DNA from: Promethearchaeota archaeon
Lineage (GTDB): Archaea > Asgardarchaeota > Heimdallarchaeia > Hodarchaeales > Hodarchaeaceae
Assembly: GCA_048938105.1 (NCBI GenBank)
Contig: JBHLMN010000011.1
Span: 32,001 to 96,000, forward strand
Direction: 5' to 3'
Length of the DNA stretch: 64,000 nt
The position numbers were made by a program, and so were the translations under genes. Of the stretch, positions 39,109-48,991 are shown one piece after another. Each line of letters opens with the position of its first letter. Within the stretch, counting starts at the first letter, position 1. Under the pieces are notes generated by a model. That model was not told the origin of the DNA. It saw nothing but the letters and a program-made list of their open reading frames with translations, and did no database searches.

Positions 39109-42100
39109 ATGCAAAAGGGAAGAACAACATTTATCCTATTATTGATGTTAATTATGACAATAGTGCATTATAGTTCTAATTCAATGGTATCAAAACCAGT
39201 TACATCTATTACAGGAACGACAGAATATGAACAACACGATCCGATTAAAATTAGCAATGACAATGATTTTAAAGCGTATGGCTTCGAGGGATTTGGTACC
39301 CCTGATGAACCGTACCTGATTGATGGTTATAACATTACGGATTCCACAACAGACTTGATCCGTATTGACAATACAGTTGTGTATTTCAAAATTAGCAACT
39401 GTTATCTAAATGGCCTCGTAAAAAATTTTCGGGGAATTGTGCTCGGTAACGTCGCTCATGGGATAATTGATAGTAATATCATTTGCAACCCTGATTTTGG
39501 CATTGTTCTGGGTTCCTCCAGCAGTAATACACTGTCCAGTAATACGATCTATAACTGCAAATATGATGGGATAAGGCTACATCCCTCCAACACTAATAAT
39601 GTTCTGTCCAACAATACGATCTATAATTGTCTTAGGGATGGCATTAGCCAGTATTGGTTCAATAACTATAATACACTTTTCAACAACACGATCTATAACT
39701 GTGCTGATGACGCTATTGAACTGTCGGTTTGCAATAATTATCATACTATTTCTAGCAATACGATCTATAACTGCTCATATGGCATTAATTTTGATAACTA
39801 CAATCACTATAATACTCTATCTAGCAACATTATCTATGATTGTTCTAGTAGTGGCATTTTCCTAGGGATGGACTCCAACCATAGTATTCTGTCCAGCAAT
39901 ACGGTCTATAATGTTAATGGTGGCATTAGCGTTGTTGGCTCCCATTGCACTCTGTCCAGCAATACGGTCTATAATGCTACTGGTGGTGCCATTAGCATGA
40001 GTCAAGGCCTCTATTGTACTCTATCCAACAATACAGTCTATAAATGCAATAGTGGTATTACTCAGTATTTTTCCAACTATTGTACTCTGTCCAACAATAC
40101 GGTTTATGACTGCTCTTATATGTGCCTTAGCCTGTACAATTCCAACCATTGTACACTGTCCAGTAATACGTTTTATAACTGCACCCAGTATGGCGTCCTC
40201 TTGAGGGATTCCAGTAGCTATAATACTCTGTACAATAATACGATCTCTCACTGCTCTGATTGGGGTATTTATTTTTATGGAGGTGATTCCTGTAGCTATA
40301 ATACTCTGTCCTACAATACGATCGATGATTGTTCTAGGAATTGTATTTACCTTGATTGGACTAGTGACTCCAACACTCTGTCCTACAATACGATCTCTAA
40401 TTGCTCTGGTACTGGCAAGCTCCATGCTGGTAATGGTATTGTCATGTTTGGCTCCAACCATAGTACTCTATTCAGCAATGTAATCTATAACTGCTCTATA
40501 AATGGCATTTACTTGGACTATTCTCACCATAATACTCTGTCCAGTAATATGATCTCTAACTGCTCGAGTGGCATTTCCCTGGATTTATCCAGTAATTATA
40601 ATACTCTATCTGGTAATATGATCTCTAACTGCTCCAATGATGGTATTTTTTTGTATCAAACGAGCGATGATAATACTCTTTCCCACAATACGATCTCTCA
40701 CTGCTCCGATAATGGCATCGAACTGTATTATGTCTTCCATAATACTCTTTCCTACAATGCAATTTCTAACTGCTCCAATTATGGCGTCGGACTGTTTTCC
40801 GCTAACGATAATTTTCTATATAACAATACGATCTATAACAATACCAACTATGGATTTTACTTCGGAATTTCTGATCAGTCCAATGATAATATTGCACAAT
40901 GGAACAATTTCCTCAACAATAGTGAGGGTACAGAAACAGCTCAAGCGTGTGATGATAGGTGGAATGATGCTCCAACTAATGTATTCAGCGAAAACTATTG
41001 GCATGATTACATACCTCCTCCTGGTTATTATACCTTAGATACTTATAGTGGTAGTTCTATTCGTAACAATGATACATCTCCTCTAGCGACTCCTGGGCCT
41101 CCTCTGGTGAGCATAGTTACGCCTTTCGCGCAGGATTACAGTGCTGATGTGATCACTGTGATATTATCTGGAAATGCTGTCCAGTACTGGTACTACATTG
41201 AGGGAATTGATGGAGATAATCAAACTTGGAGGACAAGGGAGGAACGAACGTTAGATGATGGCACCTACACCCTCCATGCCTATGGAAAAATATTAAGAAC
41301 TATTACTCATGTCTCAGTCACGTTCACCATTGATACTACTCCTCCTACCTTTAACATCGATTCTCCTACTAGTAAAACTTATACAACGGGAACTATCACG
41401 GTAGATCTCTCGGGTGATGCTGATATTGCCTATTATTGGTACTATATTGAAGGATTCCACGTTGATAATCAGATCTGGACAACCCCTATTTCATGGACTT
41501 TAGCTGATGGTGCCTACATTCTCCATACTTATGCTATCGATACCGTTGGTAATATTGCGTATTTCCCAGTCGCTTTCAAAATTGAAACAGTGGCTCCCAT
41601 CATTACTTTGAAGTCTCCTTCACATGATACAAGCCATAATTCGATGACAATCATCAAACTTGATGTGATTGATGTTTTTCTCGATACCGTGCTCTATAAT
41701 TGGGATGGATCCACGAATAAAACGTGGAATCAGGATTATGAGTTTTGGACGCTTTTACCAAGTGGTGATGCGCAACATTTCCTATATGTGTATGCCAACG
41801 ATAGTCTTGGTAGATGGACCTCGGAAGTATTTACCTTCACGACTGATGACACAAACCCCACTGTAGATATTACCAGTCCGACAAATGACACAACGTACGA
41901 TCAAGACAGCGTCACATTAGCCTATACTGTTTCTGAGGGGACAGTCACTGTCTATATTAATGGGGTAACGAAAACTGTCCCTAGTGGGACGATTTTTTCA
42001 AATCTCTCGAATGGGATTTACAACATTACTATCACTGCTGTAGATCAAGCGGGGAACATTGGGACAGATACCATCATATTCATTATTGAAATCGTAGAAG

Positions 42101-42255
42101 AGGAATCTTCTGAAACAACTTCTGAAACATCTTCTGAAACAACTACTAAAACAGAATCCTCATCAGAAGTAGGCTCTTTCCCCAGCGTGTTTATTTTATT
42201 ACTATTCATAGTTCCTGTAATACTTTCTCATCGAAGGTATAAACGCAAAAGCTAA
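39109..42255 (+). CDS. Cell-surface right-handed beta-helix (NosD/PbH1) protein with Ig-like domains and C-terminal anchor
   Basis: Signal peptide; G.GTPDEPYLIDG; about 20 repeats of NTLSxNTIxNC..GI.L; Ig-like repeats (DTTPP, AVDQAGN); Ser/Thr stalk; SFPS + TM + basic tail. Confidence 0.92.
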   Translation: MQKGRTTFILLLMLIMTIVHYSSNSMVSKPVTSITGTTEYEQHDPIKISNDNDFKAYGFEGFGTPDEPYLIDGYNITDSTTDLIRIDNTVVYFKISNCYLNGLVKNFRGIVLGNVAHGIIDSNIICNPDFGIVLGSSSSNTLSSNTIYNCKYDGIRLHPSNTNNVLSNNTIYNCLRDGISQYWFNNYNTLFNNTIYNCADDAIELSVCNNYHTISSNTIYNCSYGINFDNYNHYNTLSSNIIYDCSSSGIFLGMDSNHSILSSNTVYNVNGGISVVGSHCTLSSNTVYNATGGAISMSQGLYCTLSNNTVYKCNSGITQYFSNYCTLSNNTVYDCSYMCLSLYNSNHCTLSSNTFYNCTQYGVLLRDSSSYNTLYNNTISHCSDWGIYFYGGDSCSYNTLSYNTIDDCSRNCIYLDWTSDSNTLSYNTISNCSGTGKLHAGNGIVMFGSNHSTLFSNVIYNCSINGIYLDYSHHNTLSSNMISNCSSGISLDLSSNYNTLSGNMISNCSNDGIFLYQTSDDNTLSHNTISHCSDNGIELYYVFHNTLSYNAISNCSNYGVGLFSANDNFLYNNTIYNNTNYGFYFGISDQSNDNIAQWNNFLNNSEGTETAQACDDRWNDAPTNVFSENYWHDYIPPPGYYTLDTYSGSSIRNNDTSPLATPGPPLVSIVTPFAQDYSADVITVILSGNAVQYWYYIEGIDGDNQTWRTREERTLDDGTYTLHAYGKILRTITHVSVTFTIDTTPPTFNIDSPTSKTYTTGTITVDLSGDADIAYYWYYIEGFHVDNQIWTTPISWTLADGAYILHTYAIDTVGNIAYFPVAFKIETVAPIITLKSPSHDTSHNSMTIIKLDVIDVFLDTVLYNWDGSTNKTWNQDYEFWTLLPSGDAQHFLYVYANDSLGRWTSEVFTFTTDDTNPTVDITSPTNDTTYDQDSVTLAYTVSEGTVTVYINGVTKTVPSGTIFSNLSNGIYNITITAVDQAGNIGTDTIIFIIEIVEEESSETTSETSSETTTKTESSSEVGSFPSVFILLLFIVPVILSHRRYKRKS
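42106..42144 (+). repeat. Three tandem 12-bp units encoding (S/T)SET in the stalk
   Basis: (t/a)cttctgaaaca x3. Confidence 0.85.
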
Positions 42256-42384
42256 CAAAGATACCGATTTCGACCAGATCGAAACTGATCCATAATTCAC
42301 CTGTGGATGCCTTCATATTCATCAAAATATTCTAATTTTCAGTCAACCAAATATGAATCTAAAAAGAAAGTATGAAAGTGGGGA

Positions 42385-42717
42385 TTACACTTCAAAATCC
42401 ATGAACTTTACGTCGTCCAAAGTGCGTAGAAATTTGGTGTGCATCCACTCAAATGGCATACCTATTTCTGCGAACATTTCTAGATTCAGTTCTTCGGCTT
42501 TTTTATTATCTCTTTCCCTGTCTAAAACCGCCCAATTATCTATTTCATACCACATTTCAAAATCGTGATCTGCAGTCGCATTAATTATGATGTACACTCC
42601 AATGAATTTCATCCCAGGTATTAATACTTCTTCTATTCGTTTTTTATTTTTTCGCATCCATTTTATCCAAGCAGCATCTTTTAGTTCTTTGAATTTTCCA
42701 TACCACACCATGTACAA
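42385..42717 (-). CDS. Hypothetical protein, probable dimeric alpha/beta-barrel fold
   Basis: 110 aa; GMKFIGVY...DFEMWYEIDNWAVLD pattern. Confidence 0.7.
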   Translation of the reverse strand: MYMVWYGKFKELKDAAWIKWMRKNKKRIEEVLIPGMKFIGVYIIINATADHDFEMWYEIDNWAVLDRERDNKKAEELNLEMFAEIGMPFEWMHTKFLRTLDDVKFMDFEV

Positions 42718-42833
42718 ACCATGTCACATCCAATTTTCCGTTGATAAGTGAACAGAGAGTAATATGGTTGAATTTATTTTATAAGGTTTTTTCCCTCTAT
42801 CTTTGAACATCCAACTCAAAGCCTAAGATCCTG

Positions 42834-43583
42834 TTATGGTTGGGTTAAGTTATTGATCGTCTGTTGGTACATGACGAGTATCTCGTCTGATAGCTCCTGT
42901 TCTAGGATGAAGTTCATCCTATCTAGTGCGCGTTGAATCCGTTCATTGTCTCCCGCTTCCAATACTCTATCCAACAATATCATCAATGTTTGTACACGAG
43001 TCTGTATTAATTTCTGTTCGTCCTCTTCCAATGATGATACTAGATAAGAATCTAAATATTTTGATAGATGTTCCCGGATTTTCTCTCCTTCATTGATGAC
43101 TTTTAGTTTTCGCTGAAGAATGAGATCGGTTTCGTGGGCAATTTCTTTTAGTAATGCCTTTTTATGGTGAATTGGTTCTCCTTGATAGTACTCAAAATAT
43201 TTTGTAAAAACTGCTTGAATTTGTCGTAGGTCTATCCACGCCATCTCCATAATAACTTGAGGTAATAATATTGACACCAAATTGATACTAAACCCACCAC
43301 GATTGGTTTCTGACGTTTCATAAAGTACAGTGCAAACTGAAAACAACTCATGTTCTGGAAAAGGAATAGTCGCAGGCATTTTCGAATAAGAAATATGATT
43401 TGGTCGACTGGAAAAGACCGACATCCCTCTGAGGGATATACCAAACAATAATTTATCCGATAACGTTTTTGGAGTCCATTCAACTGGCATACCTCCCCTG
43501 ATGTCATCAAATGTCGTCCACACCACTCCTACGAGTATTTTATATGGCCTTGTACTATTATTCTGAGATTTATCGAAAAACAT
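42834..43583 (-). CDS. uDENN/longin-like domain protein with helical C-terminus
   Basis: VVWTTFDDIRGGMP...P, IPFP, RGG...SILL pattern as seen in Asgard DENN-like proteins. Confidence 0.62.
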   Translation of the reverse strand: MFFDKSQNNSTRPYKILVGVVWTTFDDIRGGMPVEWTPKTLSDKLLFGISLRGMSVFSSRPNHISYSKMPATIPFPEHELFSVCTVLYETSETNRGGFSINLVSILLPQVIMEMAWIDLRQIQAVFTKYFEYYQGEPIHHKKALLKEIAHETDLILQRKLKVINEGEKIREHLSKYLDSYLVSSLEEDEQKLIQTRVQTLMILLDRVLEAGDNERIQRALDRMNFILEQELSDEILVMYQQTINNLTQP

Positions 43584-43728
43584 TGCAAATCTGGCCTAAA
43601 GAGTACTCATTGACATCCTTGTGTCATTATTAAATACATTTCCAAGAATCAATTAAAGAATTTCGCTAAGTTGAATATTATCACTTAAAATAACTCTGGT
43701 GTGACTGATTGTTTTTTCTTTATGGATA

Positions 43729-44061
43729 TCATTCTTGTGATTGAAGCTTTTTAGCAATAAGATCCGCCACTAGCTCGCATATTTTCAAAATTTTTGGGTC
43801 AGACAACGAATAATAGACTTCATTAGCCTTTCTACGCGTTATCACTACTCCTTTATCTCTTAACACACGAAGATGTTGGGAAATATATGGTTGTGGTTTT
43901 TTTGTTGCTTCTTTTATATCAGAGACATTTTTTTCCCCATCTTCTAGAATTTGAAGAATTTTTAGTCTAAAAGGGTGGGTTAATGACTGACATAATTCTG
44001 CTTGGAGTGTTAAAGAGTTTTTTTCATCATCTAATGAGCCTGGAGCTTGATCTGAGGACAT
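43729..44061 (-). CDS. ArsR/SmtB family transcriptional regulator
   Basis: LTHPFRLKIL, ISQHLRVLR, VYYSL. Confidence 0.93.
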   Translation of the reverse strand: MSSDQAPGSLDDEKNSLTLQAELCQSLTHPFRLKILQILEDGEKNVSDIKEATKKPQPYISQHLRVLRDKGVVITRRKANEVYYSLSDPKILKICELVADLIAKKLQSQE

Positions 44062-44084
44062 ATCTTCGCCAGTGAAAATATATT

Positions 44085-44106
44085 GTGATTCATATATATG
44101 GATTAC
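44085..44106. promoter_or_regulatory. Imperfect palindrome in the divergent arsR/PDO promoter; candidate ArsR operator
   Basis: gtgatt-catatatatg-gattac with a perfect 10-bp core palindrome. Confidence 0.4.
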
Positions 44107-44180
44107 GGAATATTCAAAGAACGCAATATTTATAAAGAATTGATGAAAGTGTCAAATAAAGTCATTAAGGAGGATATTAC

Positions 44181-44882
44181 ATGTCCGAAAGTAAAGTAAG
44201 AATCGAAGAGAAAATTTTGACCGAAGTCCGTCAAATGTTTGATGGATTAACCTCAGATGTAACACTACACATGTTTACTAATAAGAATCATTGTTTATTA
44301 TGTAATGAAACTCTCGACTTAACAGAACAGATAGCAAGTCAATCAGATAAAATTAAGCTAGATCATTGTGAATGTTCTCTTGATAACGAAAAAGCTCAGA
44401 CTTGGCAAATCACAAGACATCCTGCGATAGCTATTGAAGGGAAAGGGAAAGGTATGATTAGATTTTTTGGTATTCCTTCTGGATATGAATTTGGTAGTCT
44501 CATTGAAAGCATTATTATGTCTGGTTCGGATAAAGAGAGTGATCTAGACCCTGAACTGATTGAGGAGATTGAAAAAATCGACCAGCCCGTTCACTTACAG
44601 GTTTTTGTGACTCCAACTTGTCCCTATTGCCCACGAGCAGTCTTGACTGCATTTAAATTTGCTATGTTGAATGAAAACATTACTGCTGATATGATTGAAG
44701 CGACAGAATTTCATGAATTATCAATGAAATATCAAGTGCAAGGTGTTCCGAAAACAATCATCAATGATGACTGGATTGAGGAAGATGACGATGGTGAGAT
44801 TTTTAAATATCCTAAATGGAGCGTTGTTGGTGCTGTACACGAAAAAACTTTATTAGATAAAGTTAAAGAAGCTCTTGCGTAA
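44181..44882 (+). CDS. Protein disulfide oxidoreductase (PDO, two thioredoxin folds)
   Basis: CLLC and CPYC, GIPSGYEF, VQGVP; aggagg RBS. Confidence 0.92.
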   Translation: MSESKVRIEEKILTEVRQMFDGLTSDVTLHMFTNKNHCLLCNETLDLTEQIASQSDKIKLDHCECSLDNEKAQTWQITRHPAIAIEGKGKGMIRFFGIPSGYEFGSLIESIIMSGSDKESDLDPELIEEIEKIDQPVHLQVFVTPTCPYCPRAVLTAFKFAMLNENITADMIEATEFHELSMKYQVQGVPKTIINDDWIEEDDDGEIFKYPKWSVVGAVHEKTLLDKVKEALA

Positions 44883-44949
44883 ATAAATAAGAGATTAATT
44901 GTTAAACGATTCCATCAAATAAATAATCCATATCAGGAGACACGAGACA

Positions 44950-45546
44950 TTGCTAGATCGAATAACTCAAGAATTCTATGAGACTGGTATCTCTTTTGAA
45001 GATTTCTTAAAATCGGGTACAGAGGACGAACAGCAGAGAATTAGTTTATATCATCGCAGGCTTGTGAACAAATTCTCCCCTGACGATTTCCGTATTGATT
45101 TAAATTATCCAGTCAATCTGCTGCTGATAGCTACCACATGGTGTTGGGACTCTATAACTAATGTCCCTGCCCTTGTTAAAATAGCAGAACATAGCCCTAA
45201 TGTTAACTTAAAAATATTCAACAAAGATCACTACCCCTTCTTAGTAGAACGGATTAATGGCGGGGAAAAAATCCCTCAAGTTTTAGTTTTTTCAAAGGAT
45301 TTCTATTATCTTGATCGTTGGGTTGAACGTACAACAATGGGTTATCAGCTTTATTCCGATGTTCGAAAAGAATATGGTTGGGATGAGAGTGTTTCTGATG
45401 ATTTCCTGAAGGAATATCGTAAAAGATTCCTCAAAAATCAAAAGAAACTCGAGGAAGCTCTCCTCCAAGAGATTAGAGCTTTACTAAAAAGAACAGATAC
45501 CATTCAAGCTGCAACTGCGCGTCATTTTAAAAAAATAGAAGAATAA
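44950..45546 (+). CDS. Thioredoxin-like protein (CxxS type)
   Basis: TWCWDS, KIP, RWVER. Confidence 0.82.
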   Translation: MLDRITQEFYETGISFEDFLKSGTEDEQQRISLYHRRLVNKFSPDDFRIDLNYPVNLLLIATTWCWDSITNVPALVKIAEHSPNVNLKIFNKDHYPFLVERINGGEKIPQVLVFSKDFYYLDRWVERTTMGYQLYSDVRKEYGWDESVSDDFLKEYRKRFLKNQKKLEEALLQEIRALLKRTDTIQAATARHFKKIEE

Positions 45547-45797
45547 GGGAGAGAGATCTCAAATCTATACCAATCAAGAATAATACTAACTCTATTCTTT
45601 TCTTTATTCCTTAGTAGCTAAACATTCAGAATTTAAAATCCTTTTGAAAAGGATTATACTTTATTTTCAATTTGATTAGTTTCTACGAAAATTGATAAGC
45701 TCGAATGTCTTTTTTTCAAGAAAGGCAGTTTCCCCTAATCAATGATTTCTATTGTTTATATTATCATTTTTAGCAATGATTATCATTCAGCAACCTG

Positions 45798-48413
45798 TTG
45801 AGATGCTTGGGTTTGAAAAAAAGAATAATTGAATGGAATCTTCCACTGGTTGAGATCTCAAAAGCATCTACACATGAAAAGAGTGTTCGTCATGGCCATC
45901 CTAGTACTTTGCATTTATGGTGGGCCCGTCGCCCATTAGCATCATCTCGAACTACCGCTTTTGCAGCGTTAATTGACCTTCCTTCAAGTTCTAAAGAAAA
46001 AAAAGAAGTTTTCAACATAATCAAAGAAATTGCACCTTGGAATACTGTAAAATCAAATTTAACTTCTACGATTCTTAAAAGCCAACAACTAATCGGCAAA
46101 CAGTGGCAAAAGAACCCACCAAAAATAATTGATCCGTTTTCAGGTGGAGGATCTATCCCTCTCGAAGCTCTCAGACTTGGGTGTGAAACTTATGCTAGTG
46201 ACTTGAATCCTGTAGCTGTTTTGATTAGTAAAGCAACACTTGAATGGCCCCAAAAGATCGCTAGTACCAAGCTTGCAGCTTTGATAGAAAAATGGGCTAC
46301 TCACATTCATAATGAAGCGCATCTAGAGTTAAGCCAATTCTATCCAAACGACCCTGATGGAAGTATCCCAATTGGTTATTTATGGGCAAGAACCATTCCA
46401 TGTCCCAATCCAAAATGTCTTGTAGAAATGCCCTTAATCAAGCATTTTTGGTTGGCTAGAACAAAGACACGCTCTATTGCATATAAACCTATTATAGATA
46501 AACAGTCAAAGACTATCTCTTTTCAAATTCAGGAGGGGGAAAATATTGACTTTAATCCCTCCATAGGAACTATTTCAAGAGCTAAAGCTAGATGTTTAGT
46601 TTGTAATCAAGTAACAAAAGCGAAAAAGATTCGTGAACTCGCACAAGAGGGAAAAATGCAACAAAAAATGACTGTGGTAATTCTACGAATTCCAAAGAAG
46701 GCAAAAAAGCATTATCGTATTGCCAATGAGAAAGATATCAAAAATTTCGCTCAAGCAGAAGATTTTCTCTCTCAAAAACTTTCTAATCTTGAAAATTTGG
46801 AATCTCTCTTTCCAAATGAAGAATTACCACCCATTGGAACCTTAGGTTTCGGTGTTCAACACTATGGGATGACTAAATGGAAAAATTTATTTAATTCACG
46901 ACAACAATTAGCGCTTATTACCTTCTTGGAGCGTATAAACGTAAATTCTCAACAAATTATGCAAGAACATCATGATATCATTGAGACAACTCCTCAACCA
47001 ATTTTACTTTCTAATATCATCATAGCATATTTAGCAATTATTTTGGGACGCTTAGCTGATAAAAATGCCAATTTAGTGGTTTATAATGCCTATGGTGAAA
47101 AAATTGAACATGTTTTTGGTCGAACAGCGTTACCAATGGCTTGGGATTACGCAGAATTGAATGTTTTTTCTGGGGCAAATGGCGATTGGCTCCACCAAAT
47201 GGATTGGGTATTACGCTTTTTAAGAAATAATTGCTGGAAATCTCCCAACACATCACAGGTTTTTCAGGCATCAGCGACTAATCTTCCTTTTGAAAATGAA
47301 TATTTTGACGCTGTTTTTACCGATCCTCCTTATTATGATAATGTTCCTTATTCAGACTTGTCAGACTTCTTTTATGTATGGTTTAAGAGAGCAATTGGAA
47401 ATTTATTTCCTAATCTTTTTGCAACTCCCCTTACTCCCAAATCAGAAGAGATTGTTGCTAATAAAGGGAGGCAAAAGAATCCTAAAGAGTTTTTTGAAGG
47501 AATGATTAGTGAATCTTTCCAAGAAATGTACCGAATTCTGAAGCCTGAAGGTATTGTAGTTATAGTCTATGCTCATAAGTCATCAGAGGGATGGGAAACG
47601 ATGTTGAAGGCATTAATACGAGCTGGATTCGTTGTCACAGCCTCATGGCCTATTCATACTGAAATGAAAACCCGTCTCCGAGCTAAAACCTCTGCTGCCC
47701 TTGCCTCCTCCATTTACCTCGTCTGTAGGAAACAACCTCAACGTAAAGTAGGATATTTTCATGAGATTCAACAAAAAATGGAAGCTCAAATATATAAACA
47801 ATTACTACGATTCTGGAGAGAAGGAATTCGTGGTGGAGATTTCTTTATTTCAGCAATTGGACCATCAATGGAAACTCTGAGCCAATATCGGCAAATAGAA
47901 CGTTATTCAGGGCAGATTGTTACTTTTCGTGACCAGCTAGCTTATATCCGCACGATCACAACGAATTTTCTTGTTCATAACCTCTTACAAAACTATGAAG
48001 AGATAAAAATGGATGCAATATCTCAATTCTATCTTGCATACCGGTGGACATTTCAAGATTCTACAGTTGATTTCGGAGAAGCACAAAAACTGGCTCAAGC
48101 GTGTGGAGTAGAATTCAATATTATTCAAAAGAAAGGATTTCTAGAGAAAAAAGGATCAAAAATTACGATTCTGGACGCTTTAAAACGACGAATTATCAAT
48201 CCAAAAGACACCTGTCTAGTTAACATTATGCATCAATCTTTAATTGCTTGGAAAGAAGGAAATGAAGCAAAACTAGAGAAATTATTATTTTCATATAACA
48301 TATCTAATCGTGGATTTTGGCAATTTTGCCAGGCAGTTGCTGAATGTCTTCCCCGAAATAATGTTGAAAAAAGATTACTTGAAGGACTTCTAGTCTCTAA
48401 GCATAGTAGATAA
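45798..48413 (+). CDS. DUF1156-type adenine-specific DNA methyltransferase with Zn ribbon
   Basis: LHLWWARRPL, DPFSGGGSIP (motif I), CPNPKC/CLVC, TDPPYYDN (motif IV). Confidence 0.92.
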   Translation: MRCLGLKKRIIEWNLPLVEISKASTHEKSVRHGHPSTLHLWWARRPLASSRTTAFAALIDLPSSSKEKKEVFNIIKEIAPWNTVKSNLTSTILKSQQLIGKQWQKNPPKIIDPFSGGGSIPLEALRLGCETYASDLNPVAVLISKATLEWPQKIASTKLAALIEKWATHIHNEAHLELSQFYPNDPDGSIPIGYLWARTIPCPNPKCLVEMPLIKHFWLARTKTRSIAYKPIIDKQSKTISFQIQEGENIDFNPSIGTISRAKARCLVCNQVTKAKKIRELAQEGKMQQKMTVVILRIPKKAKKHYRIANEKDIKNFAQAEDFLSQKLSNLENLESLFPNEELPPIGTLGFGVQHYGMTKWKNLFNSRQQLALITFLERINVNSQQIMQEHHDIIETTPQPILLSNIIIAYLAIILGRLADKNANLVVYNAYGEKIEHVFGRTALPMAWDYAELNVFSGANGDWLHQMDWVLRFLRNNCWKSPNTSQVFQASATNLPFENEYFDAVFTDPPYYDNVPYSDLSDFFYVWFKRAIGNLFPNLFATPLTPKSEEIVANKGRQKNPKEFFEGMISESFQEMYRILKPEGIVVIVYAHKSSEGWETMLKALIRAGFVVTASWPIHTEMKTRLRAKTSAALASSIYLVCRKQPQRKVGYFHEIQQKMEAQIYKQLLRFWREGIRGGDFFISAIGPSMETLSQYRQIERYSGQIVTFRDQLAYIRTITTNFLVHNLLQNYEEIKMDAISQFYLAYRWTFQDSTVDFGEAQKLAQACGVEFNIIQKKGFLEKKGSKITILDALKRRIINPKDTCLVNIMHQSLIAWKEGNEAKLEKLLFSYNISNRGFWQFCQAVAECLPRNNVEKRLLEGLLVSKHSR

Positions 48414-48433
48414 AAACTATTACCCTCTTTAAC

Positions 48434-48904
48434 TTACTCTTTTTCCAATTTGATGAGTTTTTTATTCATATTTGTCAAAATGTTTTCAATAACCTTCTGA
48501 CTTTTTTGAATATTTTTCATGTCTGAAGCTAAGGTTTTGATTTCATTTTCTATGGTTTTTATTGTGATTTCCATATTTTCAAGACGTGATGAGCTAGTGG
48601 TTGAGCTTCCAAACTTATAATCCATGGTGTTAGGGGATTGTGTCTGTTCTTGAATGGAGGAACCTGACCTCGATGATATGTGAGTTTCTGCTGTTTTAGT
48701 GACTGGAGGAGAAGAAAACCCAAAACCGTTTGTAGGAGGGGGAGGTTCATCAAAGTCACCCTGTAATTCGGTAGGAATTATAGGTTTGAATTCTTCAGCT
48801 GAACGATCATAAAATGATTCATCACTACCACAATGTGGACACGGAAACTTCATCACATAATTATGACATTTTTTACAAACGGGACTCATTTGAAACTCCA
48901 TCAA
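48434..48904 (-). CDS. Zn-ribbon, low-complexity linker and coiled-coil protein
   Basis: CKKC...CPHC, Pro/Ser-rich middle, heptad C-terminus. Confidence 0.78.
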   Translation of the reverse strand: MMEFQMSPVCKKCHNYVMKFPCPHCGSDESFYDRSAEEFKPIIPTELQGDFDEPPPPTNGFGFSSPPVTKTAETHISSRSGSSIQEQTQSPNTMDYKFGSSTTSSSRLENMEITIKTIENEIKTLASDMKNIQKSQKVIENILTNMNKKLIKLEKE

Positions 48905-48991
48905 TAAATGAATTAATGTTTAAGTTCAACCTCTATTTGTCATAAAAAAATTTTTCCGAAAGATAAGATCTGCAATTCTTTGTTATCACAA

